64,000 nucleotides of DNA from contig JAHCIP010000002.1 in the NCBI GenBank assembly GCA_026129165.1, positions 6,761 to 70,760 of the forward strand, read 5' to 3'. Source of the stretch: Anaerolineae bacterium (GTDB lineage: Bacteria; Chloroflexota; Anaerolineae; Epilineales; JAHCIE01). How positions within the stretch are numbered: position 1 is the stretch's first letter; each line of letters begins with the position of its first letter. The notes beneath the pieces were generated by a model. It did not search any database. It was given only the letters and a program-made list of their open reading frames with translations, and was not told where the DNA came from. A program made the translations under genes and the position numbers. Below are positions 17,961 through 27,834 of the stretch, piece after piece.

Positions 17961-18223
17961 GCAGGCGCTGGCTCTATTCCGCCAGGCACTGCGCCCAGCC
18001 GCCCTCGAAGTCCTGCTTTTTCGCCTCCATCACGACCAGCAGGGGCCGACTGACGAGGCGAGCAATGACCCCTTCCTCCCACACCGCCACAAAGTAGTCA
18101 GGTTCCCCAAAGCCCGCGCCCGCTTTTGACACACTGCGGCATAGGGACTATACTTCCACTAGGTGATTAAAAGATCATCAATCTTCAGTCTTTCAGCCTA
18201 CTCGTTAAGGAGGACATCCGCCT

Positions 18224-18631
18224 ATGCCCCGCTTCCCATCGCAAGAATGGGCCGTCGCCTTCAAAGACGCCCTCAACACGTCCAAGAACTATGCCGAAGC
18301 CGCCCGCAACTGGGAGGGCGATTTCTACTTTGTCGTCACCGACATTCCCGGCCAGGGCGACCCGGTGACAATGTACGCCGACCTATGGCACGGCCAGTGC
18401 CGCGACGCCTACATCGTGGATGAACTTGACGCCCACCGCCCCGCCTTCACCATGACCGCCAAGCTCCCCACCTGGCGCAAGGTCATCGAAAAGAAGCTCG
18501 ATCCCATCCAGGGTCTACTGACACGACAGTTAAAGCTCGAGGGCAGCATGACGACCATTATGAAAAACGTCAAGGCGGCCACCGAGCTTGTCAATAGCCT
18601 GTCCACGATTGATACTCAGTTCCCCGCCTAA
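18224..18631 (+). CDS. SCP2 sterol-carrier-like domain protein
   Basis: MPRFPSQEWAVAFKDALNTSKNYAEAARNWEGDFYFVV is typical of the SCP2 family. AAGGAGG lies upstream. Confidence 0.6.
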   Translation: MPRFPSQEWAVAFKDALNTSKNYAEAARNWEGDFYFVVTDIPGQGDPVTMYADLWHGQCRDAYIVDELDAHRPAFTMTAKLPTWRKVIEKKLDPIQGLLTRQLKLEGSMTTIMKNVKAATELVNSLSTIDTQFPA

Positions 18632-18708
18632 GCGGTGGCGCAGGCTTTCGAGCCTGGGCTGGCAGTCTAAAAGACTGCCCCACACGCGAGCAACTCGCAG
18701 AGGCTACC

Positions 18709-19872
18709 ATGTGGTTTTTTAGAGCACCTCACATTGTCTACGGGGAAGACGCTCTCAGCTACCTGGCCTCCATCCAGGGCGAGCGCGCCTTCATCGTCAC
18801 CGACGCCAACCTGGTCAAGCTAGGCGTCGTGGACCGGGTCACGGAGCCGCTAACCGAAGCGGGCCTGGCGGTGGACGTATTCTCCGAGGTCGAGCCAGAC
18901 CCTTCGATTGAAACGGTCACGCGCGCCTCCGCGCAAGCCCGTGCCTTCCACGCCGACTGGGTCATCGGCCTGGGCGGCGGCTCCGCCATGGACACGGCTA
19001 AAATGGTGCGCGTCCTGGCCGACCGGACGGACCTGCAGGCTATTGACGTTAACCCCATCGAGCCAATCAACCTGTCGGGCCGCGTGAAGCTGTGTACCAT
19101 TCCCACCACCAGCGGGACGGGCGCGGAGGCCAGTTGGCCGAGCATCGTCACCGACCATTCCGAGAATCGCAAGCTCATCCTGGGCCACACCGACTCGCTA
19201 GCCGATGTCGCCATTGTGGACCCGTCTATCCCGGCTGGGATGCCCGCCTGGCTGACCGCTGACACGGGGATGGACGCCCTGGTCCATGCCATCGAAATCT
19301 ACGCGGGCCCCTGGCACAACGACTTTGTGGACGGCATGGTTCTCCAGGCCATCAAGCTCATCTTCGAGTACCTGCCCCGCGCCTACCGTGATGGGAGTGA
19401 CATGGAAGCCCGCGAGAAGATGCACATCGCGGCGACGATGGCGGGCGTCGGCATCAACAACTCCAACGTCGGCCTCGCCCACGCCCTGGCCCACTCCCTC
19501 GGCGGCGTCTTCCACCCGCCGCATGGCCGCGCCACCAGCACCTTCCTACCCTACACCCTCCAGTTCATCACCCGCGAAGCGCCTGAGAGGTACGCCGACA
19601 TCGCCCGCTGGCTCGACCTACCGGGCGACACGCCGGCCGAGCGCGCGACCGCCCTCATTGCCGCCTACAAGCAATTGCAGCGGCAGGTCAACCATCCGGT
19701 CGATGTGCGCGGCCTCAAGGTACCTGAAGACAAGTTCTACGTCAACCTGGACCACATTGTCGAGGCGGCTGAGGCTGATGGGACAATGTTCAACAACCCG
19801 CGCATTCCCGACACGCAGGAAGTGCGCCGCCTGTTCGAGTATGCCTACGCCGGCCACGACGTAGACTTCTAA
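18709..19872 (+). CDS. Iron-containing alcohol dehydrogenase (group III Fe-ADH)
   Basis: GGGSAMDTAK NAD-binding motif and a conserved His cluster (HALAHSLGGVFHPPHG). Confidence 0.85.
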   Translation: MWFFRAPHIVYGEDALSYLASIQGERAFIVTDANLVKLGVVDRVTEPLTEAGLAVDVFSEVEPDPSIETVTRASAQARAFHADWVIGLGGGSAMDTAKMVRVLADRTDLQAIDVNPIEPINLSGRVKLCTIPTTSGTGAEASWPSIVTDHSENRKLILGHTDSLADVAIVDPSIPAGMPAWLTADTGMDALVHAIEIYAGPWHNDFVDGMVLQAIKLIFEYLPRAYRDGSDMEAREKMHIAATMAGVGINNSNVGLAHALAHSLGGVFHPPHGRATSTFLPYTLQFITREAPERYADIARWLDLPGDTPAERATALIAAYKQLQRQVNHPVDVRGLKVPEDKFYVNLDHIVEAAEADGTMFNNPRIPDTQEVRRLFEYAYAGHDVDF

Positions 19873-19905
19873 GGCGTGACGCGGCTGTCGTTTTCAAGCA
19901 CACTA

Positions 19906-19952
19906 GAACGCGAAAGGTCACGCAAGACCCCCGTCTCGGACCTTTCGCGTTC
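19906..19952 (+). terminator. Stem-loop terminator after the Fe-ADH gene
   Basis: A perfect 14-bp inverted repeat, gaacgcgaaaggtc ... gacctttcgcgttc, with a 19-nt loop. Confidence 0.5.
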
Positions 19953-20074
19953 CTACGTCTTTCTACCCCTTCCCACCTCGATTGCATAGGTTTGGTCCCC
20001 AGGCGTATCCTGTGCTATAAATTCCCCGTTTATTCTCTGGATATAGCCCCTTCGTGTTTTGTTGAGGAAAGCGA

Positions 20075-21187
20075 ATGCGACACCTACTTCAAGTTCTGGC
20101 TCTGGTCATGATTCTGGCAGCGGCGGCCTGCCAGAGCGAGACGGGCGCCAGCCTCCGCCTGCCCACCCAGGCGCCGCCGACTGGTCAGGCCCCCGCGCAA
20201 GGCCAGGCAGCCCCCGGCCAGCCCACCCTCCAGATCCAGGTCATGCCCCCCGGCCCCGGCAGCCAGCCCGACGCCAGCGGCAACCCCAAGCCGGCGCCGC
20301 CCCTGCCCACCTTCCCGCCCGCCGCCACGTCTAGCATCCCGACCCCTACCCCTCTGCCCGGCGCGACCGTCATCACCGCCACGGACGACCAGGGCGGTCT
20401 GCGCCGCCCCATGTCCCTGGCCCTGGCCCAGGACGGCACGCTCTACGTGGGCGATCAGTTGGGGATCCACCAATTCGACCCCAGCGGCAAGTACGTCAAG
20501 ACGCTCATGAAGACCGGCCCCGATACCGGCTTGCGCCTGGCCGCCGCTCTGGCCCTCTCGCCCAGCGGCGACCTATACGCCGCCGACACCTTCACCAACC
20601 TGGTCTACCGCCTCAAGACGGATGGCACAGTGGCGGGCAAGCTAGGCGACGGCGAAGTACGCTTCGACGGCCCCGTGGCCCTCAAGTTCGACTCCCAGGG
20701 CAATCTGTTCGTCGTCAACCAGAACTCGTCAGAGGTCTACAAGCTAGACCCCAGCGGCAAGCTGGTCATGAAGTTCGGGGCCAAAGGCGACCAAAACGGT
20801 CAGTTTGTCCGGCCGCGCGGCCTGACGCTGGACAAAGACGGCAACATCTACGTCAGCGACCTGTCCACCTTCCTGATGCAGAAGTTCGATAAGACCGGTA
20901 AGTACATCCGCAGCTTCGGCTACCAACACTCCAACGAGCAGGGCTGGTTCATCCGAGGCATGGAAATCGGTCCTGATGGGCGCCTCTATATCGTGGACGG
21001 CGCGCAGCAGCGCATCCAGATCTTCGAGCTGACCAACTACACCCTGGTCAAGGAGTTCCAGAACCCTGGCCGCGACCCCGGCCAGTTCCAGGACCCCGAA
21101 GACCTGCGTATTGACCCTCAAGGCACCCTCTACATCGCCGACAAGGGCAACAACCGGATTCAGAAGATCAAGCTGTCGGTGCAGTAG
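20075..21187 (+). CDS. NHL-repeat (six-bladed beta-propeller) lipoprotein
   Basis: Lipobox LAAAAC. A Pro-rich linker is followed by 5-6 NHL repeats (GDLYAADTFTNLVYRL, GNLFVVNQNSSEVYKL, GNIYVSDLSTFLMQKF, GRLYIVDGAQQRIQIF, GTLYIADKGNNRIQKI). Confidence 0.75.
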   Translation: MRHLLQVLALVMILAAAACQSETGASLRLPTQAPPTGQAPAQGQAAPGQPTLQIQVMPPGPGSQPDASGNPKPAPPLPTFPPAATSSIPTPTPLPGATVITATDDQGGLRRPMSLALAQDGTLYVGDQLGIHQFDPSGKYVKTLMKTGPDTGLRLAAALALSPSGDLYAADTFTNLVYRLKTDGTVAGKLGDGEVRFDGPVALKFDSQGNLFVVNQNSSEVYKLDPSGKLVMKFGAKGDQNGQFVRPRGLTLDKDGNIYVSDLSTFLMQKFDKTGKYIRSFGYQHSNEQGWFIRGMEIGPDGRLYIVDGAQQRIQIFELTNYTLVKEFQNPGRDPGQFQDPEDLRIDPQGTLYIADKGNNRIQKIKLSVQ

Positions 21188-21201
21188 CCCGCTTTCAGAT
21201 A

Positions 21202-21234
21202 AACCTCCCGAAGGTTCCAACCCTTCGGGAGGTT
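21202..21234 (+). terminator. Stem-loop (aacctcccgaagg/ccttcgggaggtt) after the NHL gene, with no T-tract
   Basis: 13-bp perfect stem with a 7-nt loop. The same stem sequence recurs at 33956. Confidence 0.4.
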
Positions 21235-21237
21235 GTA

Positions 21238-22143
21238 ATGCCGGAGTACATCATGCCCCAGGTCGTTGTCGTCCACCTCGGCCGCCAGCCCGAGGCCGAG
21301 TTCACCGCCCATGTGTTGGGACGGGAGGTCATCGTGCGTCGGCGCGGCGCGGCGGGGGATATGCGGCGCGCGGTGGCCCTGGTACGCGAGGCGACAGCAA
21401 CGGACGTAGATGTCGTCGCTCTGGAAGGGATGCCGCTGACACTACGCCTGGGCGACGCCTGTTTTGACCACCCGATGGCTCAGGCGCTACGCGACGCCGC
21501 CGGACAGACACCGCTGGTCGATGGGCTGGCTGTGCGGGATGCGCTGGACCGACTCGCACTCCGGCGTATCACTCAGGCCCATCCGACGCTGTTCCGCTTC
21601 CGCCGCGTGCTCATGGCCCCCGGCCTCAACCGCCAGGCCCTGGCCGACGCCCTGGCGCAGCACAGCCCCCGCCTCCGCTACGCCGACCCCGCCCTGCTAT
21701 TCGAGCTGCCCTTCAGCCTGCCAGCCGGTCCCTGGCTGGACCGCTTCGCCCGACTCATGGCCGGCCGCCTCGCCGGCCTGTCCTTCGAACAGATTTCACC
21801 GCCCGAAGGCGAGGGAACGCCGCGCGTCAAGGCCGACTTTGCCTGGGCCGACCTGATCGCCGGTGACATGAACCTGATTCGCCGCCACACGCCCTACAAC
21901 CTGCGCGACAAGGTCATCGTCACCGACTGGCTCAGCGACGATGACCTGGCTGAACTGCGGTCACGCGGCGTGGCCCAGGTCGTTGTGACCGTACCCTGCC
22001 TTGAAGGCGCCACGGCGCGGCCCTCCGCCGCCATCGTCGCGGGCGTCCTCGCCGCCCTCCGCCCGACCGATGCGCCGGCCCTTGTGGATGACCCATCCAG
22101 GCTGGCCGACCTACCCTGGTTCCCCGACCTCATCACCCTCTGA
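21238..22143 (+). CDS. Hypothetical protein (possibly an AroM-like or Asp/Glu-racemase-like fold)
   Basis: 301 aa. No confident family assignment; there is a weak resemblance to the AroM family N-terminus. Confidence 0.45.
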   Translation: MPEYIMPQVVVVHLGRQPEAEFTAHVLGREVIVRRRGAAGDMRRAVALVREATATDVDVVALEGMPLTLRLGDACFDHPMAQALRDAAGQTPLVDGLAVRDALDRLALRRITQAHPTLFRFRRVLMAPGLNRQALADALAQHSPRLRYADPALLFELPFSLPAGPWLDRFARLMAGRLAGLSFEQISPPEGEGTPRVKADFAWADLIAGDMNLIRRHTPYNLRDKVIVTDWLSDDDLAELRSRGVAQVVVTVPCLEGATARPSAAIVAGVLAALRPTDAPALVDDPSRLADLPWFPDLITL

Positions 22144-22181
22144 CCTTACCCACTATCTCACTACCCACCAAGGACTTCCCC

Positions 22182-23036
22182 ATGCGCCTCACCTTTCTCG
22201 GCACCGGCGCTTCGGAGGGCTACCCCGCCCCCTTCTGCGCCTGCCCCAACTGCCAGACCGCCCGCCGCTTAGGCGGGCCGAACCTCCGCAAGCGTTCTGC
22301 CGCCCTGGTCAACGACGACCTGCTCATTGACCTCGGCCCCGACCTCATCGCCGCCAGCCAGATGCATGGCGTCTCCCTCCTGGCCCTCCAGTATGTCCTG
22401 CAAACCCACGCCCATACCGACCACCTGGACCCCAACCTGCTGGCGATTCGGCTGCCCGGCTGGATGCCCATTGACCCGCCCGTGCTGCACTGGTACGGCA
22501 GCGCCGATGTCCTCGACGCCGCCTTCCGCCGCCTCTCGGCCTCTCACGCCTGGCTCAACGACGGCGTGCCGCCCGACTTCCTGGAGCAGACGCGGGCTGT
22601 GTTTACCCCCGTCACCCCCGGCCAGCGTTTCACCGTCGGCCCTTATCGCGTGACCAGCGTGCCCGCCAACCATGGCGGGCCAGGCGAGATGGTGCAACTC
22701 TACGTCATCGAGGCGGGCGACCGCACACTGTTCTACGCGACGGACACTGCCCCCCTAACTGAGAGCGCGTTGAACGTCCTACGCGGTCTCGACCGTCCGA
22801 TTGATGTGTTGGCGTTGGATGAGACGATGGGCGAGGGCTTTGGCGCTGATCATCAGAACCTGGACAGCGTCGGCGCCGAGGTCACGGGGCTGCGCGAGAT
22901 GGGTGTTCTGGCTTCGAACGGCCGCGTCCTGGTCCACCATCTGTCCCACGGCAATCCACCCCACGCCGAACTCGCGGCGCGGCTGGCCCCGCTGGGGGTT
23001 GAAGTACCGTATGATGGGTTAGTCGTGGAGGTATAA
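22182..23036 (+). CDS. MBL-fold metallo-hydrolase, PhnP-like (Cys-rich zinc-ribbon insert)
   Basis: MRLTFLGTGASEGYPAPFCACPNCQTAR parallels the PhnP [24 protein letters not shown]. The HxHxDH motif is present as QTHAHTDHLD. Confidence 0.6.
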   Translation: MRLTFLGTGASEGYPAPFCACPNCQTARRLGGPNLRKRSAALVNDDLLIDLGPDLIAASQMHGVSLLALQYVLQTHAHTDHLDPNLLAIRLPGWMPIDPPVLHWYGSADVLDAAFRRLSASHAWLNDGVPPDFLEQTRAVFTPVTPGQRFTVGPYRVTSVPANHGGPGEMVQLYVIEAGDRTLFYATDTAPLTESALNVLRGLDRPIDVLALDETMGEGFGADHQNLDSVGAEVTGLREMGVLASNGRVLVHHLSHGNPPHAELAARLAPLGVEVPYDGLVVEV

Positions 23037-23039
23037 GTC

Positions 23040-23933
23040 TCAGGCGGCCGCTTCGTCGCGCTCCTCTGCCAAGAACTCCACTTGAGGGGTCTGCGACACT
23101 TCGCGGAGGAAACCGAAGGTGACGTCACACAGGTCGGCGGCTTTCTCCATCATAATAGCATGTTTGGCCTGGTGAAGGATAAACAGCCGACCGTGGGAGA
23201 AGAGATGGACAGCTTCACGCGCGGTCCGCACGCTAATGACAGGGTCGCGGTCGCCAATGATAATGGCCGTAGGCGCGTGGATGTGCGGGGCCAGCCGCCA
23301 GGGGTCAATATCGAGCATACTCAGGGTATGGCTGAGGGAGGTGCGCTCGTCGCATACCTGGGCCGAAGGCAGGATGACCTGCTCGAAGAACCAGGGGTCA
23401 AAGCGGTAGAAGGCCGTAGTGCGAGTCATCCAGTAGTTATACCAGCGGGCCTTGTGGGCGCGGGCGACCACCGACATGAGGGGCGGAACTTGCAAGGCGC
23501 GGGCGAGGCCCCAGCGCAACAGGCGGCGGTGCGCCGTGCGGCGGAGCAGCGAGAACGGCGGCGAGGCGAGCACCAGGCCTGCCGTCATCTCAGGGTGGCG
23601 GTCGGCAAAGAGTAGGGCCGAGATGGCCCCCATGGACTGCCCCATCAAATGGACCGGGCGGTTCAGACCCAGTTCGCGCAAGCCTCTGTAGAGGGCGACG
23701 TCGAAGGCTTCCAGGGTGTTACCGTCCCGCAACGCCCCCGCGTGCTGCCACCCCGGCATATCGAAGGCCCACAACTGGAAGTCCGTCGCCGGCTGCGCTA
23801 CCGTCAGAATATGCTCCCAAAAGCCAGCCCAGCCGTGGATCAGGACAATCGGCTCCCCCTGGCCGCTGACCGTGTAGCTCAGCCGTGAGCCATCTATCTC
23901 GATACTACATTGTTCCAGACGTGGGCGTGTCAT
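23040..23933 (-). CDS. Alpha/beta hydrolase
   Basis: HGWAG and the nucleophile elbow GQSMG. Confidence 0.75.
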   Translation of the reverse strand: MTRPRLEQCSIEIDGSRLSYTVSGQGEPIVLIHGWAGFWEHILTVAQPATDFQLWAFDMPGWQHAGALRDGNTLEAFDVALYRGLRELGLNRPVHLMGQSMGAISALLFADRHPEMTAGLVLASPPFSLLRRTAHRRLLRWGLARALQVPPLMSVVARAHKARWYNYWMTRTTAFYRFDPWFFEQVILPSAQVCDERTSLSHTLSMLDIDPWRLAPHIHAPTAIIIGDRDPVISVRTAREAVHLFSHGRLFILHQAKHAIMMEKAADLCDVTFGFLREVSQTPQVEFLAEERDEAAA

Positions 23934-23934
23934 T

Positions 23935-24726
23935 CTACCTCCCGCGAGCGTGGCGGCGTTGCTCCAGCAGGGCGCGCATGGCGACCGGGTTATTGGACAT
24001 GACAGCGTCTACCCCCAGCTGAAAGTACCAGCCCAGCCGCCGGTGGGCATCGGGGTCCAGCGGGCAGACCCACTGACCCCGGTCATGAGCGACGGCGACA
24101 TAGCGCGGGTTCAGGAGCAGCAGCGGCCAGAAGGGGCCGAGAACCTCGTCTGTCTTGGGCGGGCGCGGATCACGCACGGCTAGGTAGCCCGTCGGAAAGG
24201 CCGGCTCAGCCCGTTTGAGTCCGTCCAGGTGGCGGCGGTGGAACGACAGGGCGACTACCTCTTGCGCCGCTACGCGGTCCGCGACCTGACGGACCAGACG
24301 GCCGGCCCAGGCTGGCTCAGCGAACTTGGGGTCCTTCAACTCGACGCCGAGGAGCACGTGGGGCGGCAGGAAGTCCAGCACCTCGGCCAGGCTGGGGATA
24401 TGTTCCTTGGGGTACTCGGCGTCGAAGCGGGAACGGATAGGAAGCGCCTGGACCTCGCGTAGCGTCATGTCCGACAAGCGCCCTGGCTGGCCGGTCATGC
24501 GCTCCACCGTCGGGTCGTGGTGGCAGACCAGTTCGCCGTCGCGGGTGAACCACAGGTCGGTCTCGACAATCTCCGGCTCGGCAGTCAGCGCCAGACGGAA
24601 GGAGCCGAGGGTATTCTCCGGCGCGCAGTCCGGCGCGCCGCGATGAGCGAGTAAGTAAGGTTTAGGACGATTCAATAGGGCAGGCATAGCGCCCGCAATT
24701 ATATCTGTCCTTCTCCCTACGTTCAA
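23935..24726 (-). CDS. Glycerophosphodiester phosphodiesterase (GDPD family); start may be the internal Met (MPALLNRPK, at 24687)
   Basis: LLAHRGAPDCAPENTLGSF...ETDLWFTRDGELVCHHD is typical of GDPD. Confidence 0.75.
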   Translation of the reverse strand: MNVGRRTDIIAGAMPALLNRPKPYLLAHRGAPDCAPENTLGSFRLALTAEPEIVETDLWFTRDGELVCHHDPTVERMTGQPGRLSDMTLREVQALPIRSRFDAEYPKEHIPSLAEVLDFLPPHVLLGVELKDPKFAEPAWAGRLVRQVADRVAAQEVVALSFHRRHLDGLKRAEPAFPTGYLAVRDPRPPKTDEVLGPFWPLLLLNPRYVAVAHDRGQWVCPLDPDAHRRLGWYFQLGVDAVMSNNPVAMRALLEQRRHARGR

Positions 24727-24839
24727 CTTTTATGCTGTCCTATCCCCCATCTGGCTGATGCAGCCTCACCCATTCCGCCATTCCCCCCTGGCCGGACTCG
24801 TGCTATACTTGATACACTTGTTCTGCTTAAAGGCTGCCT

Positions 24840-25835
24840 ATGCTCACCCTGGCCTCCACGTCCCCCGTCATCCAGGTCCACGACCTCCGCAAAGTTTACC
24901 AGGTCCACGAGCGTGAAGCGGGTATGCGAGCCTCCCTCCGCAGCCTGCTCAGCCGCAAGACGCGCGACGTGGCCGCCGTGGACGGCATCTCGTTCAGCCT
25001 GACGCCCGGTGAGGTCGTCGGCTTCCTCGGCCCCAACGGCGCGGGCAAGACGACCACGCTCAAGATGTTGTCGGGCCTGCTGCACCCCACCTCCGGAGAG
25101 GGGAACGTCCTCGGCCACATCCCCTGGCAGCGCGAGAAAGCCTTCCTACGCCAGATCACCCTGGTTATGGGCAACCGCCAGCAATTGGCGTGGGACATCC
25201 CCGCCATCGACTCCTACGATCTCAACCAGGCCATCTATCGCATCCCGCCCGCCGACTACCGCCGCACGCTGGCCGAGCTGGTAGACCTACTCGACTTGGG
25301 CGACCTGATCAAGAAGCCCGTCCGCAACCTGTCTCTCGGCGAGCGCATGAAGTGCGAAATCGCCGGCTCGCTGCTGCACCGGCCCAGCGTCATGTTCCTG
25401 GATGAGCCGACCATCGGCCTCGACGTGACCATGCAGCGCCGTATCCGCACGTTCATCGCGGAGTACAATCGCCGCCACAACGCCACCGTCCTGCTGACCA
25501 GCCACTATATGGCCGACGTCGAAGCCCTGTGCAAGCGGGTTATCGTCATCCACCACGGCCGCCTGCTGTTCGACGGCGACCTGGCCGACCTGGTGCAGCG
25601 CTTCTCGCCCCACAAGACCATCATCGTAGAACTGGAGGACGAGACCGCGCCGCTGGATGGCGTGGCCGAGGTGGTCGAGCGCGAGGGCGGCCGCGTGATG
25701 CTGCGTGTGCCCAAGGCGGCGACAGCCCAGGTCACGGCGGGCCTCCTGGCGCACTACCCGGTGGTGGACCTGACGGTGGAAGACCCGCCCATCGAGGAAG
25801 TCATCGAGCAGGTCTTCGCGCAGGAGAGCCTATGA
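24840..25835 (+). CDS. ABC transporter ATP-binding protein (ABC-2 type)
   Basis: Walker A GPNGAGKTT, signature LSLGERMK and Walker B MFLDEPT. Confidence 0.85.
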   Translation: MLTLASTSPVIQVHDLRKVYQVHEREAGMRASLRSLLSRKTRDVAAVDGISFSLTPGEVVGFLGPNGAGKTTTLKMLSGLLHPTSGEGNVLGHIPWQREKAFLRQITLVMGNRQQLAWDIPAIDSYDLNQAIYRIPPADYRRTLAELVDLLDLGDLIKKPVRNLSLGERMKCEIAGSLLHRPSVMFLDEPTIGLDVTMQRRIRTFIAEYNRRHNATVLLTSHYMADVEALCKRVIVIHHGRLLFDGDLADLVQRFSPHKTIIVELEDETAPLDGVAEVVEREGGRVMLRVPKAATAQVTAGLLAHYPVVDLTVEDPPIEEVIEQVFAQESL

Positions 25836-26635
25836 GCGAGATGATTCCCATCTATCGCGCCCACTTCAAGCGCTCCTTCGCCCTAGAACTCCAGTACCGC
25901 GCCTCCCTCGTCATCTGGGCGCTGAGCGCGCTGGTCGAGCCGGTCCTCTACGTCGCCGTCTGGCGCACCGTCGCCCTCGCGCAGGGCGGGCAAGTGGGCG
26001 ACTATGATGTGAGCGACTTCGCCGCCTACTTCCTAGCCGTCCTCCTCGTCAGCCATCTGACGTTTAGCTGGATCATGTGGGAGTACGAGTTCCGTATCCG
26101 CGAGGGGCTGCTTTCACAAGCCCTGCTGCGACCTATCCACCCCATCCACAGCGACATTGCCGACAACCTGGCCTACAAACTGATCGCCCTGGTGGTCCTG
26201 CTGCCCGCCATGGTCGTCATGGCCCTGCTGTTCCGGCCCACCTTCCACCCGCAGCCCTGGGCGCTCGTCGCCTTCCTGCCCACCCTCGCCCTGGCCTTCG
26301 TGCTGCGCTTCCTGTTCGAGTGGGCGCTGGCCCTGTCGGCTTTCTGGACCACGCGCATCGGGGCCATCAACCAGGTCTACTTTTTTGTCCTCGTGTTTAT
26401 GTCGGGTCGCATCTCTCCGCTGTCCCTGCTCCCCCCGCCCATCCAGACCCTGGCCTCGTTCTTGCCCTTTCGCTGGATGCTGGCCTTCCCCGTTGAACTG
26501 GTCCTCGGCCGCCTGACGCCCACCGACCTCTGGCTCGGCCTGGCCGCCCAACTCGGCTGGATTGCTGTCGCCTTGGGCCTGCTCACGGTGGTCTGGAGGT
26601 TTGGGGTGAGACAGTATACAGGAGTTGGGTCATAA
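25832..26635 (+). CDS. ABC-2 family transporter permease
   Basis: Starts at the ATG at 25832, overlapping the ATPase stop (ATGA), with 6 hydrophobic segments. The track ORF 25529..26635 is an over-extension. Confidence 0.7.
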   Translation: MSEMIPIYRAHFKRSFALELQYRASLVIWALSALVEPVLYVAVWRTVALAQGGQVGDYDVSDFAAYFLAVLLVSHLTFSWIMWEYEFRIREGLLSQALLRPIHPIHSDIADNLAYKLIALVVLLPAMVVMALLFRPTFHPQPWALVAFLPTLALAFVLRFLFEWALALSAFWTTRIGAINQVYFFVLVFMSGRISPLSLLPPPIQTLASFLPFRWMLAFPVELVLGRLTPTDLWLGLAAQLGWIAVALGLLTVVWRFGVRQYTGVGS

Positions 26636-26758
26636 CACTAGCTGGACTCCTGGTAACTAGCGATAGGTCTCATACGGCTGCTGCAACTCTACGATATTGA
26701 CAGAGTGAACAGCCTTAGATGCAGAGTTCTACCGTCGGATAGCCGTAGGGATCTACAC

Positions 26759-27499
26759 TCAAGCCAATCTTCCTCTAAGAGTACCAATATCCTTCTTTGC
26801 TTGTGCTTCTTTCTGTTTCCGCATCTCTTCAGCGATTTTCTGATCGAGTATTAGTTCAATCCCGCTTTTTAATGTACTAAAGTGACTTATGCACTCATCT
26901 TCACTTAACGAATGAATACCCTTGCTTAGAATGGAGTATATACCCCTGTTCTCAACCAAGAACGATGGCAAGTAATCTTTGAGGAGAGGGATTTTGTCCA
27001 CCACTTTTATAGTTTTGACATATACCTCCTCATCCCACCCTGGATTAGTTTTGGCAGTGGTATGCGCGTCCTCAATCAAATGTTCAAATACTCGCCTCAG
27101 ATAAACATATGAGCCTATTCCCACACCGTGAGCAGCTAGACCGACTGCCTTTGTAAATTCGGAATACTTTTCATTTCCGAGAATCTTTCGATATCTCCCT
27201 ACTTCCGCTAACTGGAGGTCTGCAAGCGAAGGGAATTGACCTATCTTTGTGATTGTCCCTTGACACACTCGAAAGATGAACCGTAATATGTGAGACCGAT
27301 CTCTAGCACACTTAAATACGACCTCAAAACTTTCATCCTCAGTGGGGTAATAAGTGTGTTTGCTTACGATATTACGAGCGGAGTCCTCATTTATCACTGG
27401 CGCAAGCGGTGGAGCAGCAGGGCTAAACACACTAATCCGACCTAATATCGACACAATAGGTATCAAGCAGGCCTTGATGATGCTTAGATGAAGAAACAT
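26759..27499 (-). CDS. Orphan hypothetical protein encoded in a low-GC islet; possibly DUF4145/HEPN-like (Abi or defence-type)
   Basis: 246 aa on the minus strand. AT-rich codon usage (local GC about 42% against about 65% background). AGGA lies 14 nt upstream of the ATG. There is a weak resemblance to DUF4145-type proteins in AHGVGIGSYVYLRRVFEHLIEDA ... SILSKGIHSLSEDEC. Confidence 0.55.
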   Translation of the reverse strand: MFLHLSIIKACLIPIVSILGRISVFSPAAPPLAPVINEDSARNIVSKHTYYPTEDESFEVVFKCARDRSHILRFIFRVCQGTITKIGQFPSLADLQLAEVGRYRKILGNEKYSEFTKAVGLAAHGVGIGSYVYLRRVFEHLIEDAHTTAKTNPGWDEEVYVKTIKVVDKIPLLKDYLPSFLVENRGIYSILSKGIHSLSEDECISHFSTLKSGIELILDQKIAEEMRKQKEAQAKKDIGTLRGRLA

Positions 27500-27834
27500 A
27501 CCCTATTATCATCCTCAGAAGATGAAAGGACTCGTACAATGGAACATTCAGGCGAAATCGGTGACGGCGGGCAACGATTGATGCGCGGTATATCCTGCCA
27601 GTTCGGGTCTACCAGAGCGCAATTCTTGTCAAGCGATTTGGACCATCGCTACGATAGTTCATCGATGTCAACTGGCTACCTGATGACCCCGCCGACCCAG
27701 CCCGCATCATGAATGAGACGGACGTTGACCACCTGCTGAGGTTGGTACGCGCCTTGCCCATTAGCCAGTGGACGGTTCTCGCAACGTACTTCGACGTCAT
27801 CGAATAAGTGACATAACGGTTAGGAGACATAGAT

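Noticed and set aside
21238-22143. Assignment of the 301-aa protein to the AroM family.
   Set aside because: Only the first about 20 residues loosely resemble AroM. The length and the remainder do not match, so I left it as hypothetical.
27488-27712. The 74-aa plus ORF and the 123-aa minus ORF (27609..27980) at the edge of the low-GC islet.
   Set aside because: They have no Shine-Dalgarno, odd composition, and they overlap each other. The in-frame sigma-like fragment (27656-27808) is a more plausible relic, but it is too short to call a gene.
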